This document shows positions 47,366-55,889 of a stretch of 64,000 nucleotides of DNA, piece after piece. Location of the stretch: assembly GCA_963674945.2 (NCBI GenBank), contig CAXXWQ010000002.1, positions 160,001-224,000 of the forward strand. Direction: 5' to 3'. The notes below the pieces were generated by a model, which saw only the letters and a program-made list of their open reading frames with translations, ran no database searches and was not told the DNA's origin. Source of the DNA: an uncultured Desulfosarcina sp. GTDB taxonomy: Bacteria > Desulfobacterota > Desulfobacteria > Desulfobacterales > Desulfosarcinaceae. A program made the translations under genes and the position numbers. The stretch's first letter is position 1; each line of letters opens with the position of its first letter.

Positions 47366-49603
47366 TCAAACGGGCAGTTCGATGACGAATTTGGCGCCTT
47401 TCGGCAAGTTGTCCTGAACGCGTATCACACCATTGTGGTCGGTGACAATAGAGTTGACGATGGTCAGCCCCAATCCCATACCGGTCTTTTTTGTGGAAAA
47501 ATTGGGTTCGAACAGCCGGATCTTGTCCCTGTCGGTGATGCCGGTACCGTCGTCGGCAACTTCCAGACGAACGATTTTCAAGATAGGGTCATAGCTTGCA
47601 GACAGGGTAATACGGCCACGGTTGCGGACGGCGGACACGGCGTTATCCACCAGATTGATCATGGCCTGCTTCAATTGCTGGCGATCCAGGTTCATTTGAG
47701 GGATGTCTTCGCCGATGCGGACATCGAACGCGATATCCGGGTGTCCCTCCCGATACAGGGAAACCGTCTCTTCGATGATGGGGGGCAGTTGGCACGGTTT
47801 CGGATTGGCCGTGGGGAAACGGGCGAAGGTGGAAAATTCGTTGACCAGATTGCGGATCAGATCCACGTGGTCGATGATCATGCGGGTACACTCGTCGAAC
47901 ACCGGTTCGTTGATACGGTGGGAATAGCGACGTTTGAGACGCTGGGCGGAGAGGCTGATGGGGGTCAGCGGATTTTTCACTTCATGGGCAATCCGCCGGG
48001 CCACTTCCCGCCACGCGGCCATTCGCTGGGCCTTTTCCAGTTCCGTGAGATCGTCGAACACCATGACATTTCCCATGGGATGACCCAACTCGTCCTTTAA
48101 CGTGTTGACGTACATGAGAAAGGTCCGTGGTTGTCCGTTTACCGTGATGCGCAGGGGGATCTCCATGGTCTGTTCCCGGAGCGAGGCGATCCGTTCCATG
48201 ATGTCTTCGGTGAATTGCAGGTGTTCGGTAACCAGAAGATCACCGTAGTGTCTGTCCAGGACACTTTCGGCATCGATGTTGAGCATGAATTCGGCCGATT
48301 TGTTGAAGGTGGTGATGATGCCGTTGGCGTCTACGGTGATGACGCCGGCGGAGACGTTTTTCAACACGATCTCCATATACTGCCTTCTCTCCTCGATCTC
48401 CTGGTTCTGCTCGGTGAGTTTCCGTGCGGACAATTCCAGTTGCTGACGGTTGGAACGCAGGTCTTTCGTCATTTTGTTGAAGGCGTCCACGAGGGTGCCG
48501 ATCTCGCCATCGGCCGTTTTCCTGTCGATGTAGACGGTGAGATCTCCGCCGGCAACCCGCCGCGTACCCTCTGCCAGATCCATGATGGGGGTGGTGATGG
48601 TCTTGGCGAAGTAGAGGCCGAACCAAACGGCACAGAAAATGACCAGAAGGGCGACGATGGACAAGGTGATGTAATAGGTGATCTGAATGGGTCGTTTCAG
48701 CAGTTTGATCTGTTGGTACTCTTCGATCCCTCTGGAGATGGACTCCATATTGGAAGAGAGATCCGGTGGAATGAAAAGTCCCAGTGCCACATGGGCGACG
48801 GCCGTTTCCGGCGGGACGTCAAAGGGAACGGTTCCGATGGTCCGCTGTAGTTCGCCGTCGTTGATCGCCTGTGTGAGAGAACGAACCTTCTTTTCACCGG
48901 CATCCATGACAAAGGCGCTCGGTGGTGCCGCCGCAATGGCAACGCCATCCAAATCCCTGCTCAGAGCATAGGTGAGGCGGCCGTAATTGGCGGAGTAAAC
49001 CTCCACTGTATCCAGGTCGAACTCCCGCTGGACCACCTGAATGTAGTGGGTAAGATCCTTTCGCTTCTCCGGTTCAATCAAATTTTTTCGTTCCATCTGG
49101 TATGAAATTCGTTCCAGGAAAAACTGATGGCGGATCTCGTTTTGCTGATAGAACTCCTGGCCCACCAGAAGGGATTTGTCCAGGGCCTGTTCAACTGGCA
49201 CATTGAACCAGAATTCGATGCTATTGGTGATAAAGTTGATGGAAAAGAGGAACAAAATGGTTGTGGGAAGCAGCGAAAGGGCAATGAATGCCAGAACCAG
49301 CCGCGTCCGAAGTCGGGAACCTTCGATTTTCCGGCGACGCGTATACAAGAGTTTGACGAGGTTCCGAAACACAAGAAATATCAATAAGATCAACAGTAAA
49401 AGATTGATGTTGATCAAGATGAACATCAAGATGGTATTGGATACCGGTATGTCGCGGGGGAAGGTGATGATACGGTTTTCCGCAAGGGTGAGAGCGGCCA
49501 CCACGACGATGATGACAAGGCTGATGATGGCCTCTCGCTTACGGCGTCTCCGTTCTTCCCTGGACAGGGGCGGTTTGGCGGTCGGGGTACGTTTACCGAT
49601 CAT
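47366..49603 (-). CDS. ntrY: NtrY-like PAS/HAMP sensor histidine kinase
   Basis: TM helices, HAMP and PAS domains, AWREVARRIAHEVKNPLTPI H-box and GMGLGL. Confidence 0.9.
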   Translation of the reverse strand: MIGKRTPTAKPPLSREERRRRKREAIISLVIIVVVAALTLAENRIITFPRDIPVSNTILMFILININLLLLILLIFLVFRNLVKLLYTRRRKIEGSRLRTRLVLAFIALSLLPTTILFLFSINFITNSIEFWFNVPVEQALDKSLLVGQEFYQQNEIRHQFFLERISYQMERKNLIEPEKRKDLTHYIQVVQREFDLDTVEVYSANYGRLTYALSRDLDGVAIAAAPPSAFVMDAGEKKVRSLTQAINDGELQRTIGTVPFDVPPETAVAHVALGLFIPPDLSSNMESISRGIEEYQQIKLLKRPIQITYYITLSIVALLVIFCAVWFGLYFAKTITTPIMDLAEGTRRVAGGDLTVYIDRKTADGEIGTLVDAFNKMTKDLRSNRQQLELSARKLTEQNQEIEERRQYMEIVLKNVSAGVITVDANGIITTFNKSAEFMLNIDAESVLDRHYGDLLVTEHLQFTEDIMERIASLREQTMEIPLRITVNGQPRTFLMYVNTLKDELGHPMGNVMVFDDLTELEKAQRMAAWREVARRIAHEVKNPLTPISLSAQRLKRRYSHRINEPVFDECTRMIIDHVDLIRNLVNEFSTFARFPTANPKPCQLPPIIEETVSLYREGHPDIAFDVRIGEDIPQMNLDRQQLKQAMINLVDNAVSAVRNRGRITLSASYDPILKIVRLEVADDGTGITDRDKIRLFEPNFSTKKTGMGLGLTIVNSIVTDHNGVIRVQDNLPKGAKFVIELPV

Positions 49604-49626
49604 TATACGAGTGATGCGAAGTGCGG

Positions 49627-50199
49627 TTAGTAGATAAAGTCGATGGTATACCAGTCCGTTTCAAAATCCCAAAAAGAGAGAAAGAAAAGGACGTAGTGCA
49701 GATAATAGGGCAATGTGATCCGACTCAGCTTCGCCTTTGCCTGGATCTGGTATTGTTTTCCCTTCGTCAGTTGACTCAACGGAGCCACTTTGAGACTATC
49801 GATTTCGGTCATCAACTTTTTTGCAGCCTCGAAGGACTGAACGATGACGGGGCTGTTGGCGTCCCAGGATCGGGAGACGGCAAACTCCTTTTTCAGTCCG
49901 TTGTACTTGATGGTGTGCGTAACGGTGAGATCCGCCACCTCCTTGTCAAACCACATGCTCCGCGCTCGATACAGGTTCACGAAGAAGGTGAATGACGCCG
50001 GTACTCCGTTGATAACGGCCTCCTCCATCTCTTTGGTAAAGGCACCTTCCACCGACAGGTATACCAGCAAATCGTCACGTGTGTTGGTGACAATGATGTT
50101 CGCGAGCTTGGCATTTTTCGCATTGGCCGTTTCCGCGAAGAAGAAGAGGAGGGTGGCCAACACGTAAAATACCACCGCCCTTTGACCGAATCGATTCAT
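49627..50199 (-). CDS. DUF4390-like periplasmic protein
   Basis: Signal peptide; EAVINGVP..FTF...R.R..WFD pattern; usual position directly upstream of ntrY. Confidence 0.75.
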   Translation of the reverse strand: MNRFGQRAVVFYVLATLLFFFAETANAKNAKLANIIVTNTRDDLLVYLSVEGAFTKEMEEAVINGVPASFTFFVNLYRARSMWFDKEVADLTVTHTIKYNGLKKEFAVSRSWDANSPVIVQSFEAAKKLMTEIDSLKVAPLSQLTKGKQYQIQAKAKLSRITLPYYLHYVLFFLSFWDFETDWYTIDFIY

Positions 50200-50306
50200 G
50201 TACGTTCCGCCAGAAGGTTTAATTTCGGAAGAAAAGCTGGCTAACCATATCGAATTTAAAGAAAAATGACAAGTGGTTTTGTTTGCGGCGAAAAAGGCAC
50301 GTCATG

Positions 50307-51179
50307 TTAATCGGCATCGGTGCCCATGGTGCAGGTATTCCATGATCCTTTTTCCTCGAAAAATTTTTCCAGGAAGGCATGGTTGAATGCGTGGCCGGAT
50401 TTTTCTGCGGTCACGTGTCCCATGATGGGCATGCCGATAAGAGAGAAGTCGCCGATGCAATCCAGGATTTTGTGACGGACGAATTCATCCGGATATCGCA
50501 GTCCTCCATCATTGAGTACACGCTGTCCGTCGATTACGACGGCATTGTCCAGGGACCCGCCTCTGGCAAGGCCATACCGTTTCATCATCTCGACTTCATG
50601 GAGGAATCCGAAGGTCCTGGCACTGCAGATCTGCTCTTCGAATGTTTTTTTTTCGATTATGAAATCGCACGTCTGGGTCCCGATGAGCGGATGATCATAG
50701 CTGATGGTGTAGGTAATTCGAAATTCATTTGCCGGATGGATAGTGACCGACTTTCCATTCTCCACGAGGCTGATGGGCCGGTTAACCTTGAAAAAGCACT
50801 TCGCCCCCTCCTGGCGATGGGTTCCCGCCGATTTGATCAGCCGGGTAAAGGGGCCGGCGCTTCCGTCCATGATGGGCAGTTCATAGGCATCCACCTCCAC
50901 GATGGCGTTATCGATGGCCATGCCGCTGAGCCCGGCCATTAAGTGTTCGATGGTGGAGACGATACAGCCCTCGGAACCGATGACTGTCGCCAGACTTGTG
51001 TCCACTACGTTGTTGAAATGGGCGGTAACGCCGGGATGGCCGGGAAGGTCCGTCCGGACAAACCGAATCCCGTGGTTGACCGGCGCGGGTTTAATGGTGA
51101 GGTTGACGGCTTTTCCCGAATGTACCCCCACTCCTTTGCAATGGACTGTTTTCCTTATTGTTTGTTGGTGGTGTTCCAA
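50307..51179 (-). CDS. lpxC: UDP-3-O-acyl-N-acetylglucosamine deacetylase
   Basis: QQTI, GVGVHSG, TIEHLMA, PIMDGSA, ARTFGF and HKILDCIGD. TTG at 51179 preferred; the track ORF extends to 51269. Confidence 0.97.
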   Translation of the reverse strand: MEHHQQTIRKTVHCKGVGVHSGKAVNLTIKPAPVNHGIRFVRTDLPGHPGVTAHFNNVVDTSLATVIGSEGCIVSTIEHLMAGLSGMAIDNAIVEVDAYELPIMDGSAGPFTRLIKSAGTHRQEGAKCFFKVNRPISLVENGKSVTIHPANEFRITYTISYDHPLIGTQTCDFIIEKKTFEEQICSARTFGFLHEVEMMKRYGLARGGSLDNAVVIDGQRVLNDGGLRYPDEFVRHKILDCIGDFSLIGMPIMGHVTAEKSGHAFNHAFLEKFFEEKGSWNTCTMGTDAD

Positions 51180-51305
51180 TGAGCACGGCTTCCTGAATAT
51201 GGAGGTTATGCCGACAAGATGTCGGTGAATTCGATTGAATTTCCATTTTATTGGCTGACTTTCGGGCAATTTTAATCACCTATGAGCTGTTTGACAACTA
51301 TTAAT

Positions 51306-51450
51306 TAGTGCCCATCCAGAAATGGCCAATTTGCCCGATATCGGCGTTGCGCGAAAAATTTTATCCTCGGAATATCAACCATATGCCTCCGGTAAAATTT
51401 TTCACGCGCCTTGATCTCGACCAAATTTGCCTATTTCTGGACAGACACTA
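51306..51450. repeat. TA-flanked MITE-like palindromic element, family C, copy 1
   Basis: TAGTGCCCATCCAGAAAT...ATTTCTGGACAGACACTA inverted ends; matches the reverse complement of 63430..63613; interior shares the family A core. Confidence 0.9.
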
Positions 51451-51571
51451 GTTATTTTCGATGAGGGGAAAGCATCCGGTGCAGGAAAAACATTGTTCTT
51501 CACCGGCAGAGTTGGTATAAGTAAATACTTCTCTTTTTGCATACGAAGTTATTTATTATCTTCAGGGGAGA

Positions 51572-53113
51572 ATGATCTTGCTCGCCAAGGTACTGAGCAG
51601 TGCCGTCGTTGGTATTGATGCCTATCTGGTTGAGGTGGAGGTGGATATCGCCCGGGGGCTGCCCACCTTCACCACGGTGGGACTGCCGGAAGCGGCCGTC
51701 AAGGAGAGTCGGGAACGGGTCAAGTCTGCCATCAGTAACTCCGGTTACACCTTCCCGGCGGATCGCATCACGGTGAATCTGGCGCCGGCCAATATCAAGA
51801 AGACGGGAACGGGCTTCGATCTGCCCATGGCACTGGGAATTCTTTGCGCAACGGGCATTATTCCCGATGCGGCCATCGCCGGCTATCTGTTTCTCGGGGA
51901 ACTGTCCCTGGACGGTCGCATCAAGCCGGTCAACGGCTCTTTGCCCATGGCCATCGAGGCGAAAAAGGCAGGATATCGGGGAATCGTGGTCCCTTCGGAG
52001 AACGGCAACGAGGCATCCGTGGTATCGGGGATTTCCGTCTATCCGGTAAACACTTTGGGACAGGTTGTGGATTTTTTACGGGGCCATGTTTCCATTCTTC
52101 CACGCACAGCCGATCTCGATGCATTGTTTGCCGCCAAGCACCGGTCCGGTATCGATTTTGCCGAAGTGTTGGGACAAGAGAATGCCAAACGCGCCCTGGA
52201 GATCGCCGCGGCCGGAAGTCATAACGTCCTGATGGTGGGACCGCCCGGGTCGGGCAAAACCATGCTGGCCAAACGGATGCCGACGATTCTGCCGCCCCTG
52301 TCCTTTGCAGAGGCCATCGAGACCACCAAGGTTTTCAGCGTCGTCGGTCTTTTGGATCCGGATCAGCCCCTCGTTACCCAAAGGCCCTTCCGATCCCCGC
52401 ACCACACCGTTTCCGACGCGGGGCTTATCGGCGGCGGCCACGTTCCCAGACCCGGGGAAGTAAGTCTGGCCCACAACGGCGTGCTCTTTTTGGACGAGCT
52501 GCCCGAGTACAAGAAGAACGTTCTGGAAGTCCTGCGCCAGCCCATGGAAGATCTGCGTGTGACCATCTCCCGGGCGGCTTCCACCTTGACCTATCCGGCC
52601 AGTTTCATGCTCATCGCCGCCATGAATCCCTGCCCGTGCGGCTATTTTGCCGATCCCCACCATCGATGCCGGTGCACGGCCCATCAGATCCGTCGGTATC
52701 GTTCGAAGATATCCGGGCCCTTGCTGGATCGAATCGACATCCATGTGGAAGTGCCTGCCGTTGCATACAAAGAACTGATGGGTACATTTCAGGCCGAATC
52801 ATCGGAATCGATCCGAGATCGCGTTGTGGCTGCGCGAAAACGGCAGATTCGCCGTTTTTCGCGGGCAAAAATTTACTGCAACGCACAGATGGCAAGCCGG
52901 CATATTCGTACCCACTGCCAGATCGGGGAAGACGGCAACCAGGTGCTGGCCGCCGCCACCCGGCGCCTGGGGCTGTCGGCCAGGGCCTATAACCGCGTCT
53001 TGAAGATTTCCCGAACCATCGCCGACCTGGAGGGCGCGGATGACATTTGTGTCCACCATGTCACCGAGGCCATCGGCTACCGAAGCCTGGATCGATCGAA
53101 ACATAATTTGTAA
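51572..53113 (+). CDS. comM: YifB/ComM family Mg-chelatase-like AAA+ ATPase
   Basis: [56 protein letters not shown] and SGPLLDRID. Confidence 0.93.
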   Translation: MILLAKVLSSAVVGIDAYLVEVEVDIARGLPTFTTVGLPEAAVKESRERVKSAISNSGYTFPADRITVNLAPANIKKTGTGFDLPMALGILCATGIIPDAAIAGYLFLGELSLDGRIKPVNGSLPMAIEAKKAGYRGIVVPSENGNEASVVSGISVYPVNTLGQVVDFLRGHVSILPRTADLDALFAAKHRSGIDFAEVLGQENAKRALEIAAAGSHNVLMVGPPGSGKTMLAKRMPTILPPLSFAEAIETTKVFSVVGLLDPDQPLVTQRPFRSPHHTVSDAGLIGGGHVPRPGEVSLAHNGVLFLDELPEYKKNVLEVLRQPMEDLRVTISRAASTLTYPASFMLIAAMNPCPCGYFADPHHRCRCTAHQIRRYRSKISGPLLDRIDIHVEVPAVAYKELMGTFQAESSESIRDRVVAARKRQIRRFSRAKIYCNAQMASRHIRTHCQIGEDGNQVLAAATRRLGLSARAYNRVLKISRTIADLEGADDICVHHVTEAIGYRSLDRSKHNL

Positions 53114-53341
53114 CATGGAGACGGGATCTGTAATTATCACCTATGATCAGCACTTTCAAAATGTTACATACGAAAAACAAATTACAATTTTGCTTCAATT
53201 ATCATTTGTCCAATCTGAAAACCAATGTCTCCAGGATCTTCCCATCCTTGGACATCCGTGTCATATCTTTCCACGATAACGAGGTTCAGATCAGGTACAA
53301 TCACAAGGGCATGAACGCCATGACCGGTATGGTAAAAATAA

Positions 53342-53653
53342 TCATATCCAAGCAATTTTTAGTATCATCCAGCACAGCACGTTACATACAATCCATCGGT
53401 CGGATGCTCCATTAATGCGCTTCTGCCAAAAGTGAATTTGGGGCGACTGCTTGTAGCCAATGCAAGCCAAGTTGAAGATGTTATCAACAAGATTCTTGCC
53501 TATGAGAGAGAGATTCCGGACATGGACTATCAGCAATCGTTTATGTTTCATAAACAAGATCATCCCCCCACCACATACACAAAATGGTTTGATCCAGTTA
53601 TTCCCGATTATCTTAGACCGTATACAAGAATACTCATCCCATATGTGCAGTAA
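53342..53653 (+). pseudogene. Degraded fragment resembling a peptidase C25 (gingipain-like) domain
   Basis: One frame reads SYPSNF*YH...LLPKVNLGRLLVANASQVEDVINKILAYE, resembling C25 motifs from recall; in-frame stop, no clear start, AT-rich context. Confidence 0.45.
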
Positions 53654-53762
53654 ACCCCCAAATGCGATTTCTTTGAACGGGTAATGATCCGTATTGGACA
53701 ATGAAACAAAGGGTGTGCTACCTTCGATTCACAGCCTACTCAACCATTCGGAGATTCGCATT

Positions 53763-55184
53763 TTGCCCACTTCATCGAAACCGGTTCAATCCTTTGACGT
53801 GGTTATCGTCGGCGGCGGTCCCGCGGGACTTTTTTCCGCCTATTACCTCGGTGCGCATTCGAAGCTCAAGGTGTTGCTCGTGGAGCAGGGAAAAGAACCG
53901 CGCAAGCGGGTCTGTCCGATTGCGGACCGGCAGTATTGCACGCAGTGCAACCCCTGCAACATCCTGTGCGGGGTCGGCGGTGCCGGACTCTTCTCCGATG
54001 GAAAGCTCAACTTCATCCCGAAGCTGGGCAAGACCGATCTCACCCAGTTCCTGTCCCCGGCGGATGCGGCAAGCCTGATCGACGAGACCGAGGCGATTTT
54101 CAATCGATTCAAAATGGACGGTCCGGTCTACCCGACGGATATGGCGGCGGCGAAAATCATTCGCAAGAATGCCAAACGCTTCGGAATCGATTTGTTGCTC
54201 ATCAGGCAAAAGCATCTGGGTAGCGATCGGTTGCCCCAATATATCACCGCCATGACCGAACATATCCGGTCCAGTGGCGTCACCTTGCATACGGGTGAAA
54301 AAGCGGAGGATGTGATTGTCCAAGAGGGGAGGGTCGTCGGCGTTACCACCGATCGCGGCGTTTACCACTGTGATCATGTGATCCTGGCACCGGGACGCAT
54401 CGGTGCGGATTGGGTGTCGCGGCTGGCCCAGCGTCACGGTATCGGCCTCACCCAGCGGGGAATCGAGGTGGGGGTGCGGGTGGAAGTGCACAACGACATC
54501 ATGCAGGATCTTTGCGACGTGATCTACGACCCGACCTTCTTCGTCCAGACCGGCAAATACGATGACCAGACCCGCACCTTTTGCACCAACCAGGGCGGAT
54601 TCGTCTCCCTGGAGAGCTATGCCGATTTTGTGTGTGTAAACGGACACGCCTACCTTGACCGCAAGTCGGCAAACACCAACTTCGCCTTTCTTTCCAAGGT
54701 GGTGCTCACCGAACCCGTCACCGATAACCAGGCCTATGGCGAGGCCATCGGCCGACTCTCCACCCTCATCGGCGGCGGAAAGCCAATTTTGCAGCGTTTC
54801 GGAGATCTGAAACGGGGCCGCCGAAGCACCTGGAACCGGATTCGCAAGGGCTACATGGAGCCGACGCTGACCAACGTCGTATGCGGGGATATCGCCATGG
54901 CGCTTCCCGAGCGGATTCTTACAAACATCATCGATGGATTGGAGCAGCTGAACCGGGTGGTACCCGGTGTTTCCAACGACGAAACGCTGCTTTACGCACC
55001 GGAGATCAAGTTCTTCGCCACACAGGTCAAGACATCCCGTCTTTTGGAGACGGACGTTCGGGGTATGTATGTGGCCGGCGACGGGCCGGGCGTCGCCGGA
55101 AATATCGTCTCCGCCGCCGCCACCGGCTTGATACCGGCAAAGGCGATTTTGCACATTGAACATCGAACGTCCAACGCCGAATGA
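53763..55184 (+). CDS. FAD-dependent oxidoreductase with an N-terminal Cys cluster
   Basis: DVVIVGGGPAG, CP...CTQCNPCNILCGVGGAGLFSDGK, GVRVE, RTFC, VNGH, NTNFA and AGDGPG. TTG at 53763 with GGAG RBS; the track ORF starts at 53694. Confidence 0.9.
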   Translation: MPTSSKPVQSFDVVIVGGGPAGLFSAYYLGAHSKLKVLLVEQGKEPRKRVCPIADRQYCTQCNPCNILCGVGGAGLFSDGKLNFIPKLGKTDLTQFLSPADAASLIDETEAIFNRFKMDGPVYPTDMAAAKIIRKNAKRFGIDLLLIRQKHLGSDRLPQYITAMTEHIRSSGVTLHTGEKAEDVIVQEGRVVGVTTDRGVYHCDHVILAPGRIGADWVSRLAQRHGIGLTQRGIEVGVRVEVHNDIMQDLCDVIYDPTFFVQTGKYDDQTRTFCTNQGGFVSLESYADFVCVNGHAYLDRKSANTNFAFLSKVVLTEPVTDNQAYGEAIGRLSTLIGGGKPILQRFGDLKRGRRSTWNRIRKGYMEPTLTNVVCGDIAMALPERILTNIIDGLEQLNRVVPGVSNDETLLYAPEIKFFATQVKTSRLLETDVRGMYVAGDGPGVAGNIVSAAATGLIPAKAILHIEHRTSNAE

Positions 55185-55215
55185 TGCGATCGCTTCGCTC
55201 CACCATTGAAAATGA
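55153..55215. repeat. Family E repeat, copy 2, overlapping the oxidoreductase 3' end
   Basis: ACATTGA ACATCGA ACGTCCA ACGCCGA ATGATGCGATCGCTTCGCTCCA. Confidence 0.7.
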
Positions 55216-55242
55216 AATCCCAATAAACAAATTCCAAAACTG

Positions 55243-55367
55243 CAGAAGTCAGAATCCAGAAGTCAGAATTTAGAATGGCGATGTTGTCACTGCGCTCCAT
55301 CGTTTTTAAATGGATGAGCTATAGGCGAATCCGATTTCTGGATTCTGGCTCCTGACTCCTGAATACT
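55243..55367. repeat. Family D repeat, copy 2
   Basis: AGAAGTC AGAATCC AGAAGTC AGAATTT arm, core GCGCTCCATCG...ATGGATGAGCTATAGGCGAAT, inverted arm TTCTGGA TTCTGGC TCCTGAC TCCTGAA. Confidence 0.8.
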
Positions 55368-55409
55368 CTTTCTGTTTGGGATTTGTTTTGGCCGCTGATC
55401 TTCATGCCC

Positions 55410-55853
55410 TCAGGGATTTTGCGCCACCAAATCCCGCACCGTTTCCAACAGGGGAGACTCCAACGGGCGCCAGTCGGGAAATAGGGCTTTTTTTTCGTGC
55501 CATTTAAGCACGACTCTGTCCAGCTTTTCCGGTATGATTTTTTCTGAATTTACGCCATAGGTCTCCCGGGGGTAATACTCCACCACGACCATACGACCGG
55601 GGTCGATGGCAAAACGGTGAACGATGGTGGTTGCCACGTGACTGATGCAAGCCCGAAGGGAGACTTTTTTCATGGACGGCTGCCGTCTGTCTCCTGGCAG
55701 TTCGGATACGACGGCGATGATGGGTTTGAGCTGTGGAACATTTCCCGTCTGGTCTTTGGAGAGATCGAACAGACGCAAACGACACCGACCTGCGGCAAGG
55801 TTGAACTTGCCGCCATATCCGTCCCAGTGCATAATGTCGTCGAATATCTTCAA
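55410..55853 (-). CDS. Hypothetical protein (147 aa)
   Basis: TTG start with AAGGAG RBS, 36 nt downstream of the VWA gene. Confidence 0.8.
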   Translation of the reverse strand: MKIFDDIMHWDGYGGKFNLAAGRCRLRLFDLSKDQTGNVPQLKPIIAVVSELPGDRRQPSMKKVSLRACISHVATTIVHRFAIDPGRMVVVEYYPRETYGVNSEKIIPEKLDRVVLKWHEKKALFPDWRPLESPLLETVRDLVAQNP

Positions 55854-55889
55854 AATCGCTCCTTTTTATCGGATCTGGATGGGTACAAT

